Source of the DNA: an uncultured Clostridia bacterium
GTDB lineage: Bacteria; Bacillota; Clostridia; Christensenellales; CAG-314
Direction of reading: 5' to 3'
Assembly: GCA_947053925.1 (NCBI GenBank)
Contig: CAMRUG010000002.1
Coordinates: forward strand, 34,461 to 98,460
DNA: 64,000 bases
A program made the translations under genes and the position numbers. Numbering within the stretch: position 1 is the stretch's first letter; the number at the start of each line of letters is the position of its first letter. Shown here one piece after another: positions 1 through 7,966 of the stretch. The notes under the pieces were generated by a model that ran no database searches, had not been told where the DNA came from, and saw only the letters and a list, made by a program, of their open reading frames with translations.

Positions 1-432
1 TCTGCGGAAGAATTGCTTAAAGGATATACCGAACTGGAAAAAAGTTTTACCCAAAAGTGTCAGCAATTATCCGCATTAGAAAAACAATACAATTCAACAA
101 GCGGTACAAGCGAAGACGATACGCCACCGCAAACGGACAGAGCACAAAATTTACAGGCTGCAGCCCAAGACGGAAACGCAGTCCCCGCAACCAAGTCCGC
201 CGACGGGACGGAAGTTGCCGTTTCCGTTGCTCAGTCCGAACAAACTCTCGCGCAACTGATAAAACAATACCTTGACGGTCATCCGGAGGAAGCCGCCTTG
301 CTGTTAAAAGATGCGCAGTCAGTTATACCGCCCAAAATTATGACTTCGGGCGGAAACGCGTCTATGGCGTTGCCGTCGCGCCCTAAAACTATACGCGAAG
401 CGTCGGAGATGGCAAAAGAATATTTTAAATAA
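1..432 (+). CDS. Phage head scaffolding-like protein, C-terminal part (the frame is open to the window edge; the track lists 13..432)
   Basis: The reading frame is open from nt 1. The product is Ala/Gln/Glu-rich with a coiled-coil-like N-terminal part. It ends 16 nt before the capsid gene, the usual scaffold-capsid order. Confidence 0.45.
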   Translation, partial: SAEELLKGYTELEKSFTQKCQQLSALEKQYNSTSGTSEDDTPPQTDRAQNLQAAAQDGNAVPATKSADGTEVAVSVAQSEQTLAQLIKQYLDGHPEEAALLLKDAQSVIPPKIMTSGGNASMALPSRPKTIREASEMAKEYFK

Positions 433-448
433 GGAGAATTAACAAATT

Positions 449-1615
449 ATGGTAACATTAGCAAGCGCGGATAACGCGCTAAAAACACTGTATCTCGGAG
501 TAGTGGCGGAGCAACTCAATACGTCTGTCAATCCTTTGTTTGCCAAAATCAACCAAACAACGTCGGACGTTTGGGGCAAGGAAATACGCAAACTTGCGCC
601 TTTCGGCATTAACGGCGGTATAGGCGCAGGCACGGAAGACGGCGCGTTGCCCAAGTCGGCGTCAAACAATTACGCGCAGTTTGTGCTTACTCTCAAAAAC
701 CTGTACGGAACAATCGAATTGTCCGACAAGGCTATACGTGCCAGCGAAAACAATGCGGGCGCATTTGTAAACTTGCTTGAGGCGGAAATGGAAGGACTTC
801 TCAAAGCCTCTAAATACAATTTCGGACGTATGCTTTTCGGAGACGGCTCGGGCGTTATCGCCAAGGCTTCGTCAAATACAGGCAACGTAATTACCGTAGA
901 CGCCGTTAATAACGTAATAGAGGGTATGGTGGTGGACGTCTTGAACTCCGCAACCAAATCGCCAGTTGCTTTGGCTCGCAGAATCGTGGACGTTGACAGA
1001 GTGAACAAAAAAATTACCGTAGACGGAACGAGTATCGCAAGCAGTTCTGTATCGGAAGGCGACCTTATTACAGTACAGGGCAGTTACGGCAAAGAGCTTA
1101 CGGGTCTTGCCGCAATATTCGGGGATTCCGAAACGCTTTACGGACTCAGCCGCGCGTCCAACAAATGGCTTACGCCTTACAGCAAAACCTCTTCAACCCT
1201 TACCGACGTTACTATTCAAAGCGCAATAGATTCGTTGGAAGAAGTGGCGGGATCGACAGCTGATTTCATAGTATGTTCCAGCGGAGTCAAACGCGCTTAT
1301 CAGGATTACTTGATTACCAACCGCAGTAACATAGACGTTATGAATTTGCAAGGCGGTTACAAAGCAATTTCTTATAACGGAATTCCCGTAGTGTCGGATA
1401 GATTTGCGCCTCGGGGAACAATGTACATACTCAATACTTCCGATTTCCATTTGCATCAACTGTGCGACTGGCGCTGGCTCGAAGGCGACGACGGCAGGGT
1501 AATAAAACAGATTGCAGGCAAACCGCTGTATACGGCTACGCTTGTCAAGTATGCAGACCTTATCTGCGACAGGCCGATAGGTCAGGCGGTAATCAAAGGC
1601 ATTAGCGAAATGTAA
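449..1615 (+). CDS. Phage major capsid protein (probably HK97-fold type)
   Basis: 388 aa with RBS AAGGAGA upstream. The size, its position after the scaffold-like ORF and its sequence character (NLYGTIELSDKAIRAS, GRMLFGDGSG) recall tailed-phage major capsid proteins. Not verified by HMM. Confidence 0.65.
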   Translation: MVTLASADNALKTLYLGVVAEQLNTSVNPLFAKINQTTSDVWGKEIRKLAPFGINGGIGAGTEDGALPKSASNNYAQFVLTLKNLYGTIELSDKAIRASENNAGAFVNLLEAEMEGLLKASKYNFGRMLFGDGSGVIAKASSNTGNVITVDAVNNVIEGMVVDVLNSATKSPVALARRIVDVDRVNKKITVDGTSIASSSVSEGDLITVQGSYGKELTGLAAIFGDSETLYGLSRASNKWLTPYSKTSSTLTDVTIQSAIDSLEEVAGSTADFIVCSSGVKRAYQDYLITNRSNIDVMNLQGGYKAISYNGIPVVSDRFAPRGTMYILNTSDFHLHQLCDWRWLEGDDGRVIKQIAGKPLYTATLVKYADLICDRPIGQAVIKGISEM

Positions 1616-1684
1616 TGACAAACCGCAAATCACGGTAAATCACAATAGCCGTATTTGCTGTTGCAAGTAATTAAAATAACAATT

Positions 1685-1996
1685 ATGGAACTGGTAAAAA
1701 TAACAAACGATTTGTTTGACGTCGCTTGGAGACTGAAAGCAATAAGAGAAAGTTACGTTGTGTACTACAATGTACAACTGCATAGATACGAAGTTCACGA
1801 CTCGGCGCAATACGGTAATACTCTTGCGTTTGTTGTGCCGTACGGCAATCTCGACTGCCGTACGGTCGACTATGCACTCAAAACACGCGTCCAGAACGCC
1901 AATGAAATATTTGACGGAATCGAACGCGCTAACGCGCGGCAGGACAAATTGAACTGCGATGCGGCAGTTTGTCAAGCGGCGCAGCAATTTATGTAA
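1685..1996 (+). CDS. Hypothetical small phage protein
   Basis: Track ORF 1655..1996; the first ATG is at 1685 (MELVKITNDLF...). It sits in the phage module, and the start is uncertain because there is no clear RBS. Confidence 0.4.
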   Translation: MELVKITNDLFDVAWRLKAIRESYVVYYNVQLHRYEVHDSAQYGNTLAFVVPYGNLDCRTVDYALKTRVQNANEIFDGIERANARQDKLNCDAAVCQAAQQFM

Positions 1997-2006
1997 AGGA
2001 GATGAT

Positions 2007-2561
2007 ATGAATTTTATTAAAGTACTGAAAATCTGCGGAGATATTCTCGGACTTAATTATACCGACGAATTTTTGTACGGAGACAAAGCGGAAATAGAAC
2101 AGGATACGACTGCAAAAAGGCTGCTTGATTGCTGTAATTCCGTTTTGGACGTTTTGTACCGCGAATACGCGTTGGAAACGCGTCAAACCGTAATAGAAGT
2201 TAAAGACGGTTTTGTAAATACCCAAAATCTAAAACTTATCAAGGCGGTTTCGCTAAAAGATTCCTGCGGCAATGACGTAAAGTACCGCTATGCAAGCGGC
2301 GGTTTGTTTGCGGATAAGGACGGCAAATACAATTTAAAATACGTTCACAGTCCCGACGAAGTAACCGTCGACGGAGAAATCGAGTTTCCTTCTCCGCGCA
2401 TCACCGAGCGCATTTTCGTTTACGGAGTACTTGCAGAGTATTTCAGCCAAATCGGAGACGTTACCCAAGCGGACGTATGGACGGAAAAGTATTCTTCCGC
2501 GCTGAAAGTTTTGGAACTGAGTTCCGTTTGCAGAGTAATGCCTGCAAGGAGGTGGCTGTAA
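2007..2561 (+). CDS. Hypothetical phage structural protein (connector or head-completion size class)
   Basis: Track ORF 1959..2561. The internal ATG at 2007 is preceded by GGAG (1997-2000) and follows the previous stop at 1996. Confidence 0.5.
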   Translation: MNFIKVLKICGDILGLNYTDEFLYGDKAEIEQDTTAKRLLDCCNSVLDVLYREYALETRQTVIEVKDGFVNTQNLKLIKAVSLKDSCGNDVKYRYASGGLFADKDGKYNLKYVHSPDEVTVDGEIEFPSPRITERIFVYGVLAEYFSQIGDVTQADVWTEKYSSALKVLELSSVCRVMPARRWL

Positions 2562-2563
2562 CT

Positions 2564-3802
2564 GTGGTAAAAACTAATAACAGGGCAAAGGGCAAAAACG
2601 TCCGTCAGCAAATAGATTTTTTGCACAAAGCGGATAACGGCGATTTTCTGCTTTCCGACAATGTTTTTGTCGGCGGCAACGTCCTGCGCGCACAGCGCGG
2701 TTGGACTTTGTTTAACGACAAGGCGCATTACACGCGGTTTTACGGAAGTTATACCACGGGCATTGTGGCAAGTATCGGCACTAATCTTGTTTACATAGAC
2801 GTATTCGGAAAAATATTAGTGTACAATTTCAGTCAGCCCGCCGAGCCGTTTGCCAGCGTAACTCACCGAGACAAAATTTTCGGCACGATAAAAAGTTTAT
2901 CTACGCTTTTGATGTATAACGGCAATTCCTATCCGTTTTGGTCGGTTAAAGCAACCAGTTATGCAGTTCTCGGCGAACGCTTATTCGGCATCAACGAAGC
3001 GACTCTGTATTTTTCGGAGATAAGCGAAAACTTTTCGGACCACACGCTAAACAATATAAAACTGCCTAGCCGCTGTACGGCGCTTGCGGCAATAGATAAC
3101 TGTCTGTACGTTTTGGGAAGCAAGTGCTATAAACTTATTCCGTCCGCCGACGGCACGGAGATGAAATATACCCAAATTTACGACGGATTGCAAGACGTTC
3201 TAGCAGATACCGTTACGGTAATAGGTAACAAAATCGTATTCGCAACCGAAAACGGTATGTACTGTATGACGGACGGCAAAGTCAAGCGTATATTCAAAAA
3301 TCTCGTAAATATAGTCGACTTAAAAACTATGTATTGCCGCGGCTTGGATAATTACTGCGTTGCCTACTGTTATCCTAAGGGCGGCGGCGCTAAAAAAGCC
3401 GTAATGCTGGATATCGAAAACGAAAGCGTTGCAGGAGTATTAAGCGACGTTTACGATATTACTTATTTCCGCGGCAAAATGATTGCCGTATGCTCCGACG
3501 GTACAATCAAGTCGCTTGCCGAATCTTACGCCGACAATGTAAAATTTGTAAAAAGCGGTATCGATTTTAGTATCTTGGGCAAAAAGCATTTGCGTAAACT
3601 CGTTGTCAAAACGGCAACGCCGATTGACGTTTACATAACGGCGGATAACGTTACCCGTCTTTACAAAGTAAACGGCAAAAAGGGCGTACAGTCTTTGCCG
3701 ATTGCAGGGACGGGCGAGCGGTTTAACGTAACCGTCCGCGCAACAGGCGAAACTAAAACAGACTTTCTGGAACTTGTCGCAGAAACATACGGGGAGGGCT
3801 AG
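2564..3802 (+). CDS. Hypothetical phage structural protein (412 aa, predicted beta-rich)
   Basis: Track ORF 2477..3802. An in-frame GTG at 2564 lies 3 nt after the upstream stop, with a strong RBS AAGGAGGTG at 2547-2555. Confidence 0.5.
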   Translation: MVKTNNRAKGKNVRQQIDFLHKADNGDFLLSDNVFVGGNVLRAQRGWTLFNDKAHYTRFYGSYTTGIVASIGTNLVYIDVFGKILVYNFSQPAEPFASVTHRDKIFGTIKSLSTLLMYNGNSYPFWSVKATSYAVLGERLFGINEATLYFSEISENFSDHTLNNIKLPSRCTALAAIDNCLYVLGSKCYKLIPSADGTEMKYTQIYDGLQDVLADTVTVIGNKIVFATENGMYCMTDGKVKRIFKNLVNIVDLKTMYCRGLDNYCVAYCYPKGGGAKKAVMLDIENESVAGVLSDVYDITYFRGKMIAVCSDGTIKSLAESYADNVKFVKSGIDFSILGKKHLRKLVVKTATPIDVYITADNVTRLYKVNGKKGVQSLPIAGTGERFNVTVRATGETKTDFLELVAETYGEG

Positions 3803-3805
3803 AAT

Positions 3806-4738
3806 ATGGCGGCTATCACTCAGGAACGTATGCTGGAACTGATTGCTATATATGACGCTTTAAAAGTAAAGGTAGAAGCGGTAGACAGAAAATACAGTTT
3901 GGATTACCACGAACCGCTTATAGATATGCCCGAAAGTTTAAATCTGACTAAACTCGAATTTATTCCAAAAACAGAGCAGGAACTGACGGAATTAGCGAAT
4001 AGACAGGTTGAGGCGACGTATATTTCCAAGCAAAGGCAACTCGATACTTCCAAAAACAACAGTATGCAAAGCATAAACAAAAAGTATGCCGATTTGGCGG
4101 AAGAATTGCGCGTAAAGTCTCAGACTCTGTTAAACAATTATAATGCCGCTTGCGATAAACTCAAAATAAAACTTATCAATAACGGACTGATGTATTCTAC
4201 CGTCAACAGTAAAGCCAATGCACAAGCGCGCGACGATTACGACAAAAGCGTCCGCGAGTTAAACGCGCAGTATGACGTCAAGCGCGAACAAATCGACGAT
4301 GAAAAAAAATATATCGAAACGTCTTATAACCAAAACTGTCTGTCGCTTGCCGATGAACAAAAAGCGGCGGCGCTGAAAGTGTACGACAGTCTTGTTGAAT
4401 CTCAGTATAAGGAAGAGCAAAGCGTTGACAAGTACAACACGGGTTTGGACGAAAAAGAAGCCAAGTATCAAGCCGCCCGCGCAAAAGCGATAGAGTACGC
4501 CTGGGAAGCGGAGTACGACCGTGCGTTCAACGCGGCAAAACTGTATCAGCAAATGGGCGCAAACGGCTTTCAGGAAATGAAACTGACGGAAAAACTCAAC
4601 TTGTGCAAACAGGCGTTTATGCCGCTGAAACGCAACGAAGCGCAGACTCTGCTTACGGTGGACTCCTTTCTCAAAACGCATTTGCTAGATTATTACTCTG
4701 CGTTTGTCGACTGGATTAACTACGCGCTTATCGCTTGA
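3806..4738 (+). CDS. Hypothetical coiled-coil phage protein (310 aa)
   Basis: The ATG lies 3 nt after the previous stop. The product is rich in K/E/Q/A heptad-like sequence. It is the last ORF of the module. Confidence 0.5.
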   Translation: MAAITQERMLELIAIYDALKVKVEAVDRKYSLDYHEPLIDMPESLNLTKLEFIPKTEQELTELANRQVEATYISKQRQLDTSKNNSMQSINKKYADLAEELRVKSQTLLNNYNAACDKLKIKLINNGLMYSTVNSKANAQARDDYDKSVRELNAQYDVKREQIDDEKKYIETSYNQNCLSLADEQKAAALKVYDSLVESQYKEEQSVDKYNTGLDEKEAKYQAARAKAIEYAWEAEYDRAFNAAKLYQQMGANGFQEMKLTEKLNLCKQAFMPLKRNEAQTLLTVDSFLKTHLLDYYSAFVDWINYALIA

Positions 4739-5065
4739 TTTTAGAGTATCCGAACTTGTAAGGTCTAGGCACGTTAAGCGCGTTTAAATCAGTCTAGACA
4801 TACTCACAATACTAAGGACTAATTCTGTTTTGCTTGCCTATGCGCCGCATTAAATTTGTAAAAAACCGCAAGGCGCATACAGGGCAGAGATAGTGCAGAA
4901 TTGACGAATTGCAGAGTAAATTAAATGATATTTGACTAGGCAATACGCAAGGACACAATACGCGTTTGCGGATTTAATGTGTTTGTGTGCTGTTTTGCTA
5001 ACTGTCAGATTTTAAACAATTAGTGCATTTTAGGTATTATTAAGTTAAAATAATTTTGAGATTGC

Positions 5066-5100
5066 TATCCGCTTCGGAATTTGCCGAGGCGGATATTTTG
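5066..5100 (+). terminator. Rho-independent terminator
   Basis: TATCCGCTTCGG (5066-5077) pairs with CCGAGGCGGATA (5084-5095), 12 bp with one G-U, followed by TTTTG. Confidence 0.6.
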
Positions 5101-5417
5101 TGTATCGACAGAAAACGGACGGTATATGTGTTTTTTAAAATTTTATTTTTCTAAGGTTGGTTATTTTGAGAAAACGGCAATTCAGTCTGAAAATTGCAAA
5201 ACCGAAAAAGCGTATTGCACAAGCGAATGTAAATAAAACTATACGGCAGTGCAATCAGTCAAACGGAAAAACGGAACGCACATTTGCGCACAGTTAATCA
5301 AACGCTTCTTAATGTATTTCGGTATGAGCGTAGGCTGTAAACCGTTAGGCGTAAAGCCGCAATATTCCTTTATTATTCCGCAAATTTTTGAGATTAGCGA
5401 AAATATATGTTAAAGAG

Positions 5418-5446
5418 TTGAAAAAAAGCCTTGTTTGGTGTATACT
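5418..5446 (+). promoter_or_regulatory. Sigma-A-type promoter
   Basis: TTGAAA (5418-5423), a 17-nt spacer and TATACT (5441-5446), with TG at -15/-14. Confidence 0.55.
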
Positions 5447-5551
5447 TACAATCATCGGTATGTCGGTTTTAATAGCTTTTTATTAAGTTGTTTTATCGGC
5501 AGTAATCCGTTAAACCGATTCAATATATCGGCTGATGTCGGAGTTAAAATA

Positions 5552-6373
5552 ATGAAAGTTCAACGCAAATCTGCAATAGCATATTTATTCAGGAATTTCT
5601 GGCAACTCGTTTTAGTTTCGTTGCCGGCGGCTGTCTTGTTGGGCTTTTTTGTTACTCCGTCGGACGAAATCACCTTTATGCAGTCGCTTGCGCGCGGCGA
5701 ATTGACGCTTGAAAACTATTTCGGGGCGTATGCCAACGCTTACAGCGCGCTAAGACTGGTTAATAACTGGTGGGTAATTATCATATCTTTTGTTTTGGTA
5801 TGTTTTACTTTCAGCGTTTTGATAGTAAAAATAGACCGTCATATGCGAGTCGGAGAAATGGTTGCGTTTCCTTTAAAACGCTCTTTTGCGCTGTTCCCGT
5901 TAATACTCGCGTATGTTTTCATTTGGTTTTTAGCGTCCGAAATCGCTAACTTCGTCGGAATAGGCTTGATGTATATTTTTAAGTTTATAAATAACGTCGG
6001 AGCAGTAGTATCGATCGGAGTAGTTTCGGATTTTCTGGCAAATATGTTTGTTACGGGATTGTTTTTCAGACTGATAATTACAATTCCGCTCAAAGTCAGC
6101 GAAAATTACAGACTCAATATAGCATTATCGTATTCCGCGCGTTGTTCTGCCGGACACAAAGGAATTTTGTGGGGATTGACGTTCGGATACGTTTTGGGCA
6201 GATACGCCGTTATGTGCTTGGGGTATTTGCTTATGCCGTTCAATTTGGACGTGCTTGTGTATGCCTTAGCGTACCTGTTCTGTATTGCTTATATACCCTG
6301 TCTCTCTTACAAACTGTATCACGATACGGTGGGCGGCGAACGCAGAGATATTTCGGAAATTATTTTCTATTAG
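5552..6373 (+). CDS. Multi-pass membrane protein, function unknown
   Basis: Track ORF 5435..6373. The ATG at 5552 has a GGAG RBS (MKVQRKSAIAYLFRNFW...). About 6 hydrophobic segments. Confidence 0.7.
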   Translation: MKVQRKSAIAYLFRNFWQLVLVSLPAAVLLGFFVTPSDEITFMQSLARGELTLENYFGAYANAYSALRLVNNWWVIIISFVLVCFTFSVLIVKIDRHMRVGEMVAFPLKRSFALFPLILAYVFIWFLASEIANFVGIGLMYIFKFINNVGAVVSIGVVSDFLANMFVTGLFFRLIITIPLKVSENYRLNIALSYSARCSAGHKGILWGLTFGYVLGRYAVMCLGYLLMPFNLDVLVYALAYLFCIAYIPCLSYKLYHDTVGGERRDISEIIFY

Positions 6374-6385
6374 GAGGAAGTTGAT

Positions 6386-7384
6386 ATGATAAAAGCCGTT
6401 AGTATTGCTTCCTGCAACTGGAAAGTACTGATCAAATCGTTAGTGTGTCAAATGTTGGTTTTGGCTGTAATTATTGCTTTCGGGTATACCGTATTCGGCG
6501 AAGTAATCAGCGACTTTGCCCGAGTGCTGAGTTCTGACGACATAAAACAGTTTGTCGGAAATACCGTTACTGCGATTGTCAGCGGCGAATTTAACAGCGC
6601 GCAATTTACCGAGGAACTGAACGCCGTATTAAGCAATTTGCAAAATAACATTCAGTCAATACGTTATCCTTGGGGCGGCGCGACGTTATCTTACATTATG
6701 TTTTTTGTAATGCTGTGCGTATACAGACTGTTCGTGTCGTACACCGACGTAACGGTAATGTGTCAGATACAGGAATTTATGACTTCTAACGCCTCCCGTC
6801 CGTTTGTATGGTATTTAATGAAAAAACAGGGCAGAACGTGGCAGTTTTCTCTTTTGCAAATGCTGTGCGCGTTTCCTATGGATATTTTGATTGCAACCAG
6901 TTGCATCGGTCTTTACCTACTTGTACTTGTCGCATTCGGTTGGTGGACAATTATCCCCGTTATAATTTTGGCATTGCTGTTGTATTCCGCGCGTCAAACG
7001 CTGTTCGCTTTCTGTTTACCGGCAGTAGCGTGCGAAGAAACGTCTACGAACAAGGCATTTAAATCGGGTTTATCCCAAATAATGATGAGATTTTGGCGGA
7101 TGTTTTGGAAAACGCTGATAGTTATAACGTTAATGCTTGCGATAGCGCTTTTAGCGGTAGTGTTTATTGACAACTCTTTACTGAGTACGGCGGTAATGAC
7201 GGTTCCGAGTTTTATACTTTTCTTTTATTTAAAATGCGTCAATGCCGTCGGATATTTCGATGCTAACGAACGTGCGTATTTCCACAAGAAAATATATATC
7301 GAGGGAACGGACGCTTACGTTAAACGCCAACGCAGGTTGGAAAAACGTCAGCGCCGTCAAGCAAGCAGGATTAACAAAGCGTAA
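6386..7384 (+). CDS. Multi-pass membrane protein with a basic C-terminal tail, function unknown
   Basis: 332 aa with RBS AGGAGGAAG upstream. Several hydrophobic segments and an RQRR-rich tail. Confidence 0.7.
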   Translation: MIKAVSIASCNWKVLIKSLVCQMLVLAVIIAFGYTVFGEVISDFARVLSSDDIKQFVGNTVTAIVSGEFNSAQFTEELNAVLSNLQNNIQSIRYPWGGATLSYIMFFVMLCVYRLFVSYTDVTVMCQIQEFMTSNASRPFVWYLMKKQGRTWQFSLLQMLCAFPMDILIATSCIGLYLLVLVAFGWWTIIPVIILALLLYSARQTLFAFCLPAVACEETSTNKAFKSGLSQIMMRFWRMFWKTLIVITLMLAIALLAVVFIDNSLLSTAVMTVPSFILFFYLKCVNAVGYFDANERAYFHKKIYIEGTDAYVKRQRRLEKRQRRQASRINKA

Positions 7385-7394
7385 CCGTTAAACT

Positions 7395-7424
7395 AAGCTC
7401 CGAAATTATATCGGAGCTTTTTCT
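7395..7424 (+). terminator. Rho-independent terminator
   Basis: AAGCTCCGA (7395-7403) pairs with TCGGAGCTT (7411-7419), followed by TTTCT. Confidence 0.7.
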
Positions 7425-7528
7425 ATTGCTGTCTTTTGAAAAACAAAAAAGCATATCTGTTTCATAACGGTTTGTATTTTGGTGATACGGTAAAATGTAT
7501 GTTGCAAGTTTATACGCGGTCAATTTGC

Positions 7529-7557
7529 TTGATTTTGCGGTCAATCTGTTATATAAT
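7529..7557 (+). promoter_or_regulatory. Sigma-A-type promoter about 410 nt upstream of rnj
   Basis: TTGATT (7529-7534), a 17-nt spacer and TATAAT (7552-7557). Confidence 0.55.
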
Positions 7558-7966
7558 AAAATAATGCACATATTGCAAAAAAGCGCTTTTGGCAGAAAAC
7601 ATACTTGACACTAGGGCATTGCAATTTATCGACAAACAAAATTTATCGGTGTTTTTCTTGAAAAAACAGTCGATAATAAGACAGAGTAATCTCAGCGGAA
7701 TTTTTTGGGTCGAATTTTGAACTTCCGTAGGATAAATGAGTCAATATTCTGAATGCAGAATTCAGTTTAATAAATAAAACAAAAACAAAATCAGCGTAAA
7801 CGTAAAGCAAAGAATGACGTTTCTGATTGCAGGCACAGTGCAGTATTACCGGCTTTCAATTTGCGTTAGTCGTTTTGGTGCGTAACCTATCGGGTTTACC
7901 GTTCCGCGTTACAGGCAAGATATGCTCTTGCTTCTTTTGCGTTGATTAAATAATTACGAGGTAACT

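Larger units (their letters stand above)
1..5100 (+). mobile_element. Prophage or phage-derived structural-module fragment; the left part lies outside the window and the right boundary is inferred somewhere in 4739-5417
   Basis: Six co-directional, tightly packed or overlapping ORFs with a scaffold-like ORF directly upstream of a capsid-like ORF. A long gene-free gap follows, then a strong host-type promoter at 5418. No integrase or att site is visible in the window. Confidence 0.5.

Noticed and set aside
5435-5551. N-terminally extended ORF-track starts, such as 5435, 14703, 15968, 19712, 22266, 28765, 33149, 34711, 37868 and 54194
   Set aside because: In each case an internal ATG has a better RBS, a family-typical N-terminus, or removes an overlap with the neighbouring gene. 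The refined starts are used in the feature list.
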